From: Callorhinchus milii
Taxonomy: Eukaryota
Direction of reading: 5' to 3'
Length of the DNA: 64,000 bases
NCBI RefSeq assembly: GCF_018977255.1
Contig: NW_024704742.1
Location: 22,942,001-23,006,000 of the forward strand
The notes under the pieces were generated by a model. It saw nothing but the letters and a program-made list of their open reading frames with translations, was not told the DNA's origin and ran no database searches. Positions 25,534-39,864 of the stretch are shown here, piece after piece (position 1 is the first letter of the stretch; each line of letters starts with the position of its first letter). Both the position numbers and the translations under genes were made by a program.

Positions 25534-26486
25534 TTAAAGTATTAAGAGGTTGTCTTAATTTCCTGACTTGGTCTCAGTAAAGCTGCCTAGGGCAGACACA
25601 GTGTGGAAGCAGGAGTGAGGGGAGCAACATCATTGAGCAGTGCTCCTCAGTACCCTGTATGGTAGGTTAAAGGTGACCTGGTGAGAGGCCTGAGAGCAGC
25701 TTTCTGGTCAGTCACTCACCAGGGAATGGATTGCAGAAGTGGGTGGGGGGGCAAGGAAGCCCATAGGATCTGGGAGAAAATATAGTACAAAAACAGAGAA
25801 AAAAGATTGTTCCTTACAATCATTAAAATGCGTTTGTTCAACAGCATAGAGGAAACCAATCTGGATAATCAAGATTGCACCAACAGGCACATATTTTACT
25901 CCTGGTTTTCTTTGGATCATGTCTTTCAGACTCAGGCACTGGATTCAGATTCTCAAAAAAAAACACACACTGATTGTTCACTTATCTTTAAAAATTCTCA
26001 GATGTGCAGTTTCAACAAGCTGACAAACTGAAAAGCGTTGTTTCATTCATCGTCTGCTGCTCCTTATGAGTAATTTCACCAGCAATTTAGAACACTCAGA
26101 ATGTATCTGAAGAGTAAGAGCAGTGAAATTATATGCAATTCAATTGAACAGCATGGTTTCTATAATAAGTCAAATGGTTTGAATGACTATGTCTGACAAG
26201 AGTGACAGGCCTTAATTAACTATTGCTGGCAGTAAATTTACTGTCATTAAAACTCTACCACAAACAAAGTGCCAATTAAAAAAAAGTATCTATACATATA
26301 TATTATATATAACCATGTGATGGGTGTAATAGACTTGCTATTGCATCAGCCAGACAACCAAAGTGGAGGGAAAATGGGGTTACATGCATTGGCAATGGAG
26401 CACAGGGTCATGAAGCATTGGAAAGGGTCAGGCAGCATATGACAGGGCCATTTCTTCCCAGATATATCCACAACACCTGAGTGGTA

Positions 26487-27445
26487 ATCTAGATGAGGAC
26501 ATCAAAGTTAATATATCTAAATTCGCGGATGACACAAAACTAGGAGGAAGTGTCAACACAGAGGACGACATTAAAAAAATGCAGCGAGACATAGATAGGT
26601 TAGGTGATTGGGCAGGTAGGTGGCAGATGAAGTATAACGTAGGGAAGTGCGAAGTCATCCACCTAGGTAGCAAAAACAGTAGAGTGGGTTATTTTTTAGA
26701 AGGGGAGAGATTGGAATGCGTTGGCGTCCAGAGGGACTTGGGTGTCCTTGTACACCAATCACAGAAAGTTACTCTGCAGATGCAGCAGCAATTAGTAAGG
26801 CGAACGGTATGTTAGCATTCATTATGAAGGAGTAGAGTATAAGAGTAGGGAAGTCTTGCTGCAACTGTATAGGGCCCTGGTGAGACCACACCTGGAATAC
26901 TGTGTGCAGTTTTGGTCTCCTTATTTAAGGAAGGATGTACTTGCCTTGGAGGAGGTGCAGTGTAGATTTACTAGATTAGTACCAGGGATGAAGGGGATGA
27001 GTTACGAGGATAGGCTGACCAATTTGGACCTATATTCTCTCGAATATAGAAGAATTAGAGGGGATCTTATAGAAACCTATAAGATCATCATAGGGCATGA
27101 TAGAGTAGATAGTGGGAGATTGTTTCCCCTGGTTGGAGAAACTAAAACCAGGGGTCACAACCTTAAAATCAGAGGCCAGCCCTTTCGCACTGAGTTGAGG
27201 AAGAATTTCTTCACTCAAAGGGTGGTGAATGTATGGAACTCACTAACCCAAAGGGCTGTTGACGCTCAGTCCTTGAACATATTCAAGACTGAGATAGATC
27301 GATTTCTTATTGCAAAAGGGATATGGGGATAAGGCAGGGTTAGGTTATTAGCTGGAGTTAGATTAGACGATCAGCCATGATTGAATGGCGGGGCAGGCTC
27401 AAAGGGCCGAATGGCCTACTCCTGCTCCTACATGTTATGTTATGT
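26487..27445 (+). mobile_element. CR1 LINE (HER1-like 3' end), 5'-truncated RT fragment
   Basis: SKFADDTKLGG, WQMKYNVGKCEVIHLG, QRDLGVLV, LYRALVRPHLEYCVQFWSPYL, FFTQRVVNVWNSL; 3'UTR GATCAGCCATGATTGAATGGCGG...CCTACTCCTGCTCCTA followed by (TGTTA)n. Confidence 0.95.
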
Positions 27446-29022
27446 AATACAAATGCGTAGCAGAAGATCGGCAAATGGGGTTTGGATAAGGTATTGTGGA
27501 GAACAGTTTAGCTGACACTGTGTCTCAAGGATCTCTTCATTCTTATCCTGTATAGCGATCATCAGAAAATAAATTTCACTTCATTATAACAATGTATCCA
27601 TAATAATAATACTTGCATTTGATATTGCACCTAACAGAAAATTGCTGTGTAGTAACATGCTTTCTAGGTAAACATAGCAGCCAGTTTGTGCACAGCACAA
27701 ACCATGAAAGAATAACTAACGTATTTGTAAAATCGTTGGCCAGGACACCAGAAGACGCACCCTTCGATTTCAATTAGTGTCAAAGGATCTTTAACATCCA
27801 CATGAAGAAACATAACAAACTTCAATTTAACATCTCATACAAAGTACAGCACCTCTGAAAATGCAGTGCTATTCTAGTACTGCTCTGGAGTGTCAGCCTA
27901 CACTAAAAGATCAAAGTCCCAATGTAGAGTTATGAGCTTCTGACTCTGAGGTTAGTGTTTCCAACACTGAGCCAAGCTGACATATCGGAGAAAAATGCAA
28001 ATGTTCTACAGGGGGAGAGTTTGTTACAAACATTAAAGAAGGCTGGTGGTGGTGGTGGTGGGTTGGGTAAGAATTTTTATTTACATTAGAAAAGAAAAAG
28101 AAGTATCCTACGTTTGATATAATGCTTTATCACATCATTGAAATGTATGAGAGCGCTTAACAGAATTTATTATAAAGTATGATTGCGTATTAGTAGGCAA
28201 ACTTTTCAGCCAATTTGCAACCAGCAAGGTCCCACAAACAACCATGAACTGAATAATTAATTTTATTTGGGAGATTGTTCACCAGGATACTGGGAGAAAC
28301 TCCCTTTTGTTTTTGAATAGTGCCATGGAATCTTTATTGTCCACCTAAACAAGCAAACAGGACCTTGGTTTAAAGTCTCATCCTCAATTATGATTTGATT
28401 GCTAGCATAATGCTTTTAGAATCATAAAATGTTACAGCACAATGAGTGGCCATTCAACCCATCTACAAATACACAATCACTGCACTTTACAGTAAAATCC
28501 TGTGAAGTGCCCTTGAGATGTTTGGATCACGTGTAGAAGGATTATTATCGTTATCTAGCCTGTTATTAATCTGCTGGTATTTTTCTTCACTTGAGCCAAT
28601 CTAATCTAATCCCACTCTTCTGCTCACTCCCCACAATATTTCACTCTTTCAAACATCTAAGCAAGCAAGTTCACAGATTCCGCTCCAACAACAGTTTGTG
28701 GCAGAAAATTCCACATGACAACCACCTTCTCTGTAAATACTGTTCTCTTGTTACTGGCTAGTCGACCGATGGAAATAATCTATTACTTCTATCAACCATG
28801 TACCCTCTCATTATCTCTCATAACTTAAAAGACCTTTATCAGATCTCCCATTATGTTAACTTTCTCAGTGTTAAATATTTGTTCATGTTTTTTGAAAAAA
28901 GGAACCCTTCCTCCACTTCTGTAATTTATCTCTCTCTCTCTCTCTCACTCTGTCCCAAGGCTGCCGAGTAACTCGATTGTAGAAGTGCCATTCATCTGTT
29001 CCTCTCTGCTTCTCCCTCCTAG

Positions 29023-29184
29023 CACCAGGGAGATGCCTCCTCCCAAAACCAATGCCAAGCCCTTGACAGCCCAGATCACCTCAGGAACCTGCAGCAAGTC
29101 ACAGTACAGCCCACACACAGCCGCTGTTTTACTGAGAATGATGAAAAGCCAGAACACAAGAATACTGCTGAGGCTGTGTCCTAG
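29023..29184 (+). CDS. Candidate terminal coding exon (HQGDASSQNQCQALDSPDHLRNLQQVTVQPTHSRCFTENDEKPEHKNTAEAVS*)
   Basis: A ~30-nt polypyrimidine tract plus TAG acceptor, an open frame to TAG, and ATTAAA/AATAAA downstream. No upstream exons could be confirmed. Confidence 0.3.
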   Translation, partial: HQGDASSQNQCQALDSPDHLRNLQQVTVQPTHSRCFTENDEKPEHKNTAEAVS

Positions 29185-30896
29185 GAGTTTTAGTCATTAA
29201 AAAGCAGAAAACTCTTCATCTTCTGCTCAGTCACCAGTGAAATCGTGCTTTTTTAAAAAAAATCTAATTAAAACATTTGTGTGTGTTGACATTTCTGGTT
29301 TAGTGCATGTACTTCAGTGAATGGTGTGACATATGCCATCAGGATAGTGACAAAAGCCTGCTAATCTCTCCACAGCACTCATTGACTGCTCTCATTAAGT
29401 GACAAACATTCCATCTGAAACTCGTTTTGACTGTGTAGGTGAAATGATAAAAAATAATTGCTGCTAGCAGCTAGAAATTGGAGGAATGTTCTGCACATCA
29501 AACAGAAAGTGTCTGAAGTTTGAGGTTTTACTTTCAGGAGAACATTCATCTTAATTGACTTTTTCCCCCTATTAAAAAATTGCTCTGAAAATTCCTCTCT
29601 TCATAGGTCTCTGATCGTTTTGTAATAAACACTGACAGAGGCTAATTTGAAGTGGTTTCTTATGAAAACATAATTGTAATATTCTTTGCCATTTTTCCTT
29701 TTTGTCAGACTTAAGCAGCGTGTAGAGCACAGACCCTCAAGGCAATGAAGCTGACAGATCAGGGTTGATTAAAGTCAAGATTTAAACAATAAACCAGGTC
29801 AAAAGTGGAGTGAGAGCACTGAAAATTTACTTATCTATTCTAATCATTCTTACATTTGATATACAACAACAACAGCAACGAGATTATATTTGTATAGCGA
29901 CTTTCACGTCAGGAGGACGTCCAAGGCGCTGCTTACCAGGGGATGCTCCTGAGCCAGGCCTGTCAACACCTCAGCAATGTGACCAGATTGGCCGAATGTT
30001 TAACATTTTTAATTTAAACCTACAAACCGTTTTTTCAAGACAGTTTCAAAAGCACGAAGGCTAAATTGGCCAGTCTGCTATAAAGTGCCTTATCACGTCA
30101 TTGAGATGCCTCAAAACGCTTTATAGCATTTTTCTGCGAAGTGTAGTGACTGTGTATTTTTAGGTGAATGCTGCAGACAATTGGCATACATTCGTACAGC
30201 AATGTCCCACGAACAGCTATGAAGTGAATGATCAATTCTATCTGGGGAATTGTTGGCCAGGACACTGGGAGAAACTAAGGAATGGCTATACAGAGCTCCA
30301 GAGCTCAAACTGCCATGTGCTGAACCTATGATACAATGTTGAATGTCTGTAGCATCTTTTGGGGAACCAACATGTTGGTTCTACAAGTGTCTGCGCTTTC
30401 CTCATGGAACCCACTTCACTTAATAACAATAATTCTGACATTTGATACAGGAGGAGGTCTCAAAGTGCTTCACTGTTAAATGTAATGACTTTATTTAGTA
30501 GGTAAATACTTTTGTCCATGTTCTACCCTCAGTTCAGCTGCCAGACCCTTTTGACTCGAACTGTTTACTTTCCCCAAACAACTTTGTGCCTTCACCTAGT
30601 GTTCCAAACCAAGCTGCTTTCCCCAACCACCAGGAATTGATGGTCAATTGTGTGTATTTTGCCCCAAACAGTCAATCTGCTTTATAGTATATACTGAGAA
30701 TTGCTTTGAGACATCTCAATGATGTGATAAGGTGCTATATCAAATGCAATGATTATTATCATTATATTATTACAGTTTAAATCACTGTGTAGAGGTAACT
30801 TCTTAATGGTTGTCAATGATAGTTCAGCCAGCCAGTTGAAATTATTAATAATTATTATAATACTTATTAATTATTAATTTCAACAATAGCATTCCA

Positions 30897-31360
30897 TTAC
30901 ATAGAATTATATAAAATGGAAATAGGCAATTTGTCCCAACTGGTCCATGCCAGTGTTTATTTTTCACCCAAGCCTCCACTGCTTCTCTTCCCCTCCCATC
31001 ATAGCTCTCCATTCCCTGCTCCCTCATGTATGTATCGTTTCCTCTCAAGTATGCTAATACTTTTTGATTCAACCATAGCTTCTAGCAGTGAGTTCCGCAT
31101 TCAAATGGCTGCCCACAGGGTACACGGTCACTCTATTATTATATTAATGGTCCCAAATTTTGGAACAATTTATCAACATCCACCTTATTGAATCCTTTCA
31201 TAATTTTAAACATCTCAATCAGGTTTCCTCTCATTCTTCTCATCTCCAACAAGTCCAACCTGTCCAATCTTTCTTGCCATTTAACCCTGGCAACATCCTA
31301 GTAAATCTGCACTGCATCCACTCCAATGCTACAATATCCTTCCTCTAATATGACAACCAG
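30897..31360 (-). mobile_element. Old CR1 3' fragment
   Basis: CATAGAAT tail plus CR1 3' homology. Related fragments at 28420-28900(-), 63120-63370(+) and 63650-63840(-). Confidence 0.7.
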
Positions 31361-31364
31361 AACT

Positions 31365-31620
31365 AAGTGGCTGAATGCCTGGGGCAGATATAACGGGGGT
31401 TGTGGAGTAGGCCAGAATCCACCAAATGAAGGGGACAGCTGAGTTGGTGTAGGTGAAAGAGATTGCAGAGATAGGGTGGGATGAGGGCAAGTAACGATTT
31501 AAATGTTAGAACGAGGATCTTGCACCCAATCCACCGGGAAACAGGAAGGCAGTGGAGCTGAGCAAAGAGGGGATGAGACGCTAACAGAAGCTGGAACAGG
31601 AGAGGACACGGACTCTGCTC
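31365..31620 (-). mobile_element. L2 fragment
   Basis: AQLHCLPVSRWIGCKILVLTFKSL..L.PPYL. Confidence 0.8.
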
Positions 31621-34244
31621 TGTCATTGTTAACACTCTCACTGCCACATGTCTTTTGCACTCAAGCCACTTTGATTGTTACCCTTTACAAAGTATGCAAC
31701 ATGCAACTTTTGGTAAGTTGTAAGTTGGCAGTCACAGCAAACAGAAGTGACCTGCGCTACACCAATGGATTAAATCCAAGTCTGACTCTCTGGAGGTGAA
31801 GTGTGTCCACAACCCTCGTTATAGGCACAAAAAAATCTTAAAATGTTTCCAAAACGTAAGATGAAATACATCATATCAAATTGGAATAGCAACTTGCACT
31901 TATATAACTCTTTTCACATTTTTGGGGGATGAAGTAATAGCACGAGCAAGGGGAACGTTAGTGGCACGGGAGGGAGGTGACCAAAGGCACAGTCAAAAAG
32001 GAAGTTTTTAGATGTAATAATAATAATCCTTGCATTTGACATAGCAACTTATGACGTCATTGAGACATCTTACTGCTCTTCACAGAATATATTGCAAAGT
32101 TGCGTCTGCCTGTTCAGGAGGACATTAAAGATCCCTTGGCACTATTCAAAAAGAGAAGGGAGTGTCCGGACCAACAACCTCCCAAAATAAGAGGTTATTT
32201 ATTTCATTTTCTGGGCCATTGCGGTGTGCAAATTGGCTGCTATGCAATCATTACCCTTCAGTTTGACAGTAATGAGGCACCATATCAAATGCAAGGTAAC
32301 ACTTTCAACTATTTGTCGACTTCCACCAGCCAGGTTCAGTTATGTTGAGGTCCACAAGTAAGTGATTGAATAAAGTGGTAGATCAGGCTGGTCACACTTA
32401 ATAGCCATTCCTGTGCCTATTCTAAGTTCCTAAAAGTGGACAAATTATTTATATATTTGGGGTTATCTACAGCCACTGTAAAGATATTTTGCTCAAATCC
32501 ATTTATATGATCACAATTTATAGTTGAGACGGATCAAACCCACTATCCTTCCTTTTTCACATGGTTCATTTTGAACTGGTCATTTTGACACTTGAATACA
32601 ATTGTCCTATTGATTTAATGTGAGCGCAAAGAGAATATTTATCTCAGAAGCTCGTGGAAACTTTTGCATGCAAGCCTACTCCTAACGCAAATTACAGGGA
32701 ATATTACAGGGAAGTGGGTGGAATTAAATTACCAACCACTTCATTTCACAAGCTTGAAAGAAACCACCAATGAATTGAGCCTGGCCTGCACCAGTGCATA
32801 ATAATCATTTGTTCTGCAATATCGCATATTTGCAAGTCCCGACTGGTGTTTTTGCACCTAATTTTTGGAATGCGCAACAGCCATTAATTAAAAGAGTGTA
32901 ATAGTGTGGTGTCGCACCAGTCAGCTGATCCCAATGTCTCCTCTCGCACCTCCACAGGCTCATATACCTGTTTTTGCTGCATTGCACGTGGCTAGCCTTG
33001 TGTCACGCAATATGCTCTGCAGCTTTCTGAAACTGCAAACTTATAGCAAGATCTGAATTAGAACTAACTTCTTTCATGTTATATGGTGAACATGACCCAG
33101 TTTTCTATCCCATCCCATTATGTCAATGGTTTGGTTTCTTTTAAACAGTGGCGAACTGGCTCCCCGAAAGGGCTCGGGATTGTCATGTAAAATGGGATGG
33201 GGGGGCCATTCGTTGAGGGTACCGATTCGTGAAGGCGCCAAAAAGCATAAAACATCCACACATTTAAAAACTTTGTCAGACTTAAATGGAACTTTTGAAC
33301 TATGCTGCACGAGCTGGTAACGTCAGAAGCCATTCACAGGGGGCATTCAGGAAATATCATGATTTCCCGACAATCCAGTTTGCTCCTGGTTTCGGCCGAA
33401 TTTTGTGATCATTCAAGAGAGTATCAATGCTGGGGAGTGATATTCAAGAACTTCTATCATCCAGTGCCAGCACCAAACACTCCCAGATGAGTTACAGGGC
33501 AGCAAGCTACAAAACAATTCACACTTATATAGTGCCTTTAACATTTGGAGGTTGTCCTTCTATTCTGTCCTTAACTCAAATCTCAGAGATTGAAATATTT
33601 TTTAATCTGCTTCCACCACCCTTTCAGGCAGTGCTTTCCAGATCGTAACATTGTTGATAGTGGATCTGTGCGACTACTGATTTCTGGAAGAAATGTCACT
33701 TTGGATTCCTCGATAAAGAAATCACTGCATGTGTGACCTAATATTGGCACATGTGGTTAGACATGCTGTTCACGATATTTTGGAATATTTCACAATGATT
33801 TTAAAATTGAGGAGATATTCAAGATTCATCAATGAGAGCGAGTATAGGTGAGGTCTTGAACGTGGCAATACCATGACGTTCCACAGACACACAATTTTTA
33901 AAACATTGTTCAGATTATTTGTTTAATAGTACTTGTTTCAAATGCAAGGCTCTAAAATAATCAATCTCTCACTTCTCAATGAGTAAGTGTAGAAATTGCT
34001 TTTGAAGACAGATTATTGCAAGAGACAGCACATTCTGAATTGTATTTGCTGTTCTCTTTCATATTCTCATTCAAGATCAGTTAAAATACTATAGATGTTA
34101 TGTGGTTGTACAGAGAAAGACAGTGTCACTGCAGATTAAGTAACTAGGCGGCTGATGGGGCCTGAAGATCAAAGAGACTGATGGCTAGGGCGCTCAGCTG
34201 ACGGGGCTGGACTTGTTTGACAAGCATGGATATGTACAATGTCA

Positions 34245-36520
34245 CAACTTGCCTCTGCAAAACTACTGAGTTCTCTTTCCACATCCAATAAATTTCCTAT
34301 CCCCTCTTTACTAAAAACTGAGGCAAAACACTTATTATGTACTTCTGCAACTCGTGTAGCATGATTTGTCATATGCTCACCCGATCCCACCTTCAATGGC
34401 CCTATTCCATCCCTCGTTTTTCTGTTTCTCTTAATGTAAAAACATTTTATTGTTATCCTTCACATCTTGTACCATGCTTAGTTTAGTTTTCTTTGCCATT
34501 CTGATACTTTTCTTGCAACCCTGGCTTGCCTTTTGGTAATGAATCTGTCTTTCCTCTGTGCCATTTTCCTTCACGGCCTTAAATGTCTTTTTTTTCCTCT
34601 ATGAGTTGTTTCGTGGCTGGTCCAACCAGGCAAGAGTGCCCTTAACATTAGCACTTTTTCTTTGCTTGGGTACACATTGGTCCATTGCATTCTGAATCAC
34701 CTCCTTGAATGAGCTCCATAGTTCCTCTGTGCTCTTAGCCATGTTTAAACCTGTCAGGCCTGCTCTGACAAGACTTCTCAATCGCATAAAGTTAGTCTTC
34801 TTAAAAACTGGCAAATTTGTTTTTGTAACCTCACTAATCTGTTTAATACCAAATGTGATAACATTATGATTACTGTTGCTTAATCCCCCACTCACCTTTG
34901 TGTTGGAGATTTGATTGTCCCGGTTACTCATAACCAAATCCAAAATGTTATTTTCCTTTGCTGGCTCCTTTACAAACTGAGTCATCAAACACTCTAGAAA
35001 TTCCTTTCCTACTTACCAGACATTATTATTCCAATCAATTCCCCTGGTAAGTTAAAATCTCCAACTATTATGGTCGGTCCCTTACTAATCACCTTCCTTA
35101 TCTCATCCCAGAGTTCCAGATCAAGGCTGTCACCCTAGCCTAGGGGTCTATGGCAAACCCCAATAATAGTTTACTTCTGTTGCCATCTATTAATTCTATC
35201 CAAAATGATTCTGTGGGTATTTGTTGTATTCTATCTCACTTATGCCTCAATACTGAAGTTTATATATACTGCCACACCACCTCCTCTTCTCCTGATATGG
35301 TCCCTCTTGATCAGTGTGAATCCTTCCAGATTGGTATGCCATTGATTGGAATCATTCCACCATGTCTCTGTGATGCTAATGATATTCAATCTGTCGCCTC
35401 TTGCAAGACCTTCCAGCTTGCAGATTTCTTGGCCAGACTTCTTGCATAAACAGCTCTGTTGTTTGTTGCCTTTCCCCTTTATTTTATTAGTATTGTTAGT
35501 TTCCTTTTCTCCAACCAATCGAATTAGACCGATTATACTTTGATCTATGCTTCCATTGGCATACTTTAAGGTTTTGTCTAATTGGTTCAGGTGCTCTTTT
35601 ACAGCTATCAAAACCACCGTGTATCTAGCCCTTACTATCTATCCTGCTTGCCAATACGTCCATCCGCTTTTTGTTCAGGTGGAACCCATCTGGTCTGTAT
35701 AGGTGCACCCCGATTCTAAAAGGTGCCCCACTGTCTGAGAACCTAAAACAGGATTCTTAGCCACATATTGGTCTGCATTATTGCGCTCTGTCTCTCCTTA
35801 CTAGCAAATGGTATGGGGAGTAATTCCAAAAAAAACTGCACTTGAAGTCTTTCCCTTAAGCTTCCTTCCTAATGCCATGAATTTAGCATATAGGGCTTCT
35901 GGTCTATTTCTATCTGTTTTTTCTTCCTACACGGACAACCACAATTGGTTCCTCACCTGCTCCCTCAAGCATTTTGTCAACCTGGGATGTCAGATCTTCA
36001 ACTTGTTCACCTGGGAGTCAACATACTATTCGATTTTCTGGGTTCAGTTTGCACAGAATTCTGTCTGTAAACTGAATAGTCGAATCCCCTAACAACACAA
36101 CTTGTCTGGTTTTCTTTCTCTTTTCCCTCCTTCTCTGACAGGCTGCTGGATGGTCTTGGGGGATGGCACATCCTTGCCTGTCTCAGCCAGCCCTCGGATT
36201 TCCACATTGTCTCTCTCCAGAGGAGAGAAACTGTTTAAGAGCACCAGGGATGCCTGCTCCTGCCTCATTACCTGACCACGACTTCCAGAGCTTTTTCTAA
36301 TGGAGACCCAACCACATCTTTTAGGTACCAGGGACTCCTCTCCTACTCTTCCCCCCAGTGTGGTCTCCTTTAATACCTCATTTATAAAAATCTCATCCTC
36401 CCTTATACTTTGATGTGTGGCCAGTCACTCACTAAGACTGATCACTTCAGCCTTGAGTCCATCGACCAGCTTGCAGTTGTTGCAAATTAATCCTTCTATA
36501 ACCTGGTCCTGGAAGTAACC
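34245..36520 (-). mobile_element. CR1 LINE 5' part: ORF1 (CxxC and SGNH-esterase-like) and ORF2 endonuclease, degraded
   Basis: ORF1 remnants ICNNCKLV, GDSTIQFTDRILC, LYRPDGFHLN; ORF2 remnants IISITETW, RRGGGVAVYI, TQFVKEP..NNILDLVM, SNHNVITF. Confidence 0.9.
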
Positions 36521-36625
36521 TGGCGTCTGTTACTTTATCTATATTGCTGTTTAATTTCGTTTTTATTTTGGCCTTATCAAAAAGTAACGCATAGCAATAG
36601 AAAGTGAAAGAATGTTAATTATTTG

Positions 36626-36760
36626 GGGAGGGCAAGTTCGCAGGGCTATGGGGAGAGAGCGGGGGAGTGGGATTGATTTGGATAGCTCTTTTCAAAGAGC
36701 CGGCACAGACACAATGGGCCGAATGGCTTCCTTCTCTGCTATATAATTCTATGATTCTAT
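36626..36760 (+). mobile_element. CR1-type 3' end with (ATTCTATG)n tail
   Basis: ATGGGCCGAATGGC.TCCTTCT..GCT..ATAATTCTATGATTCTAT. Related copies at 44072-44200(-), 57271-57400(-), 39050-39220(-) and 37455-37510(+). Confidence 0.85.
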
Positions 36761-38360
36761 AAATGATATTAACATTTGTGTCGAACTGGAGCTGTCAGTG
36801 AAAAGAAATGCAGTCAGCGTTCTCCACAGTATACTCTGTCCGTGACGCTTTGAGAGGCGTCAGGTGAAACACTGCAGCGCTGTTCTTAAAACCAAAAAGC
36901 AAAGGTTGTCTCCCATAGCAGCAGCTTGCTTTTAATCAAATGGAACTCAAACATATTGCTATGTGTAAAAGATATATCTAGGCACTGTTTGAATTATGAA
37001 AGAGTTGTTAAAACTCTCATCAATCTATGATGCACCCATCATTGCATTCAGCTTTTTAAAATATTTCTCCTTGATTTCTGCTCTTCTGTCCTGAAAGTGT
37101 TGATTTGTCCTGAGATACACTTTTACAGGTTCTGCAGTGCCTTGCTTCAGTGGTTATCCTTCATGTCTGGAGCCTGTGGGCAGGCTACCTAACTGTGAGG
37201 AAAATCGCTGCCAAATCCAGCGTTGTCCTCATCTAACCTTCATGTAATATACTTTATACATAGAACATTTCCAGACATAAGGAGGCCATCAAGTCTATGC
37301 CACTGCTGCTTGTATTACTAAATCACCTTATTTTGTTAATCCCATTTTCCAGCTCTTTTCCCATATTCCCTAATGTTTTATTGCCCAGGTCTTCATCCAG
37401 TTCCCTTTTGAATGATTCAATTGTAGCAATGATCCTAATCAAATCCTAACAACAACAGACATGATGGGCCAAATGGCCTCATTCTGTGCTGTAAAATTCT
37501 ATGATTCTATAAAACAGCCATTGGGAAAATAGACTTTTGTTCTGTGGTCTTTATATGTCTATACCAAACAGAGATGGCTTCCTCAGAAAACGAGTGGAGA
37601 GAATCTGACAGAAGTGGGGAGGGGATAAGAAACATTTTAGAGAGATAAAATAGCTTCTAACTGCCTCCTTAATTTTTCTTCTAACAATCATGATATTAGA
37701 TAATGATCGTGAGTAGATTTTTCTTCCATTGATCCAAGGGGAGAAGGCTTGAGACCAAATGTCGAACCCCTATTACTAACTGAGATAAAATAACTCAGGA
37801 CAGGCCTGGCCTATGATATTGAACCACTGAGCAATCAAGCGAGCTGGAATCGATATCCATTAAAGCACCTCACAATTTGTGCGTTCAGTTACTCTTTGCA
37901 GGAACCTCTGCACTGCTTATTCAAGTCAACAGTCATGTTTAGGTTTTTGGGCAGTTGAGAAATAATTTATTCAGTCAATCTAATAAACTAAAAGTTTATC
38001 TCTATCCTCATGTATAGTATGATAATTGCAGTTGTACTTTGGTAAAAGAGCTTTGATACCTCTGTCAACCATAATAAATTGAAGTGTTGTACACATATCA
38101 TTTTGTCATTTGTTGTGCAAATTGACTGATTAGTCTTCTTGCTTGTCCAGCAAACACTATTTATATATAATCATGCACAGTGATCTGCAGTGTTCTACTT
38201 TAGTATTCATGGTGTATTGTTATAATGGGAATTTCCATTTGCAATTTGCTTTGCTAGAGTAGTAATGTTCTAAAATGTTTCTTATCCCCTCCCCCCCTAG
38301 CAAATTCTCTCCCTTCCTTTTCTGAAGATGCTATCTCTGGGTGTCTGTTTTATAGACTCC

Positions 38361-39016
38361 TACAATACAAAATACAATACAAAATTATATTTCACATCGG
38401 GAGGACATCTCAAGGCGATGAACAGTCAGGGATCGGGACCTGAGCGGGGGTGTTGTTGGGGGTTGGGATCAGGGAGGCTGGAGGGCAGAGAGGGTAGGAG
38501 AGTAGCCAAAGGCACGGTTCAAGAGGAGGGTCTTGAAGAGTGCCTTGAAAAAGGGAGGGAGCGAGGGCGAAGGGAATGTGGGATTGAGTTCCAGAGGGTG
38601 GGGGCAGAGAGGCTGAAGGCCTGACCAATGGTGGGGTGGGGCAGGCTGGGCCTGCTGAACGGAGGGAATGGACAGATTGATAACAGTTTAGCAGGTCGGA
38701 GAGGTAGAAGGGGGCAAGGCCATGGCCTTGAAGGTGAGGATGACGATTTTGAATTTGATCCTCTGAGGGATGGGAGCCAGTGGAGCTAGGCAAGGGTAGG
38801 GCTGATGGGGTCATGGAGCCCTGTGTGGGAGAGGACATTAGCTGCAGAGTCCTGGATGATTTGCAGCTTGTGGAGGAAAGATTTGGGAAAGCCAACAAGC
38901 AGGGAATCAGCATAGTCAAGCCTAGATGTAATGAAGGCATGTATGAAGGTTTCGGCGGCCTGAGGGGTGAGGCATTGTTGTGGAGGTGGAGGAAGACAGA
39001 ACGGGTCATGGCATAG
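38361..39016 (-). mobile_element. L2 LINE 3' fragment
   Basis: Minus-strand IHAFITSRLDYADSLL; tail reads (TACAA)n on the plus strand. Confidence 0.9.
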
Positions 39017-39864
39017 ATGTGGGGGGAAAAAAGGACAGTTTAGGGTCAAAAACAGCACAGAAGGAGGCCATTTGGCGCATTGTGCCTGCTCTTTGAAAGA
39101 ACTATCCAATTCTTTCCCCTTAGCCTTGTATTTTTTCTTTTCAAATAAATATACAATTCCCTTTTCAAAGTTACTATTGAATCTGCTTCCACCACCCTTT
39201 GAGGCAGTGCAATATTGTTGAACAATGTAATATTTTAATTATTTAGTGTAATATTTTATTTTAATACAACATTTTAGGATTATCACAAAAATCCCATTGA
39301 GTGCTTCGTTTACAATTGAGAATATCACAAATTAGAATCATCGAATCTCTCCTGTCCTGGCCAAAAATCACCCAATAAAATTGATCATTCACTTTATGGC
39401 TGTCAGTGGGACACTGCTGTGCAAATTTGCTGCCACGTTCGTCCACAAAATAAGTCATCCATTTTACAATATATCCTATGGAGATCTTTAAGACATCCTC
39501 CAAACGTAAAAGGCGCTATACCAAATGTAAGAGTTATTAATATTCAATATATACATCTTTTCCTTATTTTTCCTATCAAAGTGAACCATGTCAAACCATT
39601 TTCCTGCGACATGCTCATTATCTTCCAACAACCAGAAGAAACATCCTTTAAGCCCTGCTCTGAGAATAGTGGAACTGAGTTTTTTTTTCTACACAAGTTC
39701 TTTTAGTTATTGGTAAATGTCCCTTTTGAAATATCTGTGAGTATTTATCAGTCTTTACACAGCCAGCATGGAAGCCTTCTCATCTTCTTTTATCTGTTGT
39801 ACAAGTAGTGCCTGCATTTGAGCACTTTATGTGAAACAAATATTGTGTCACTTGTTTCACTTTA

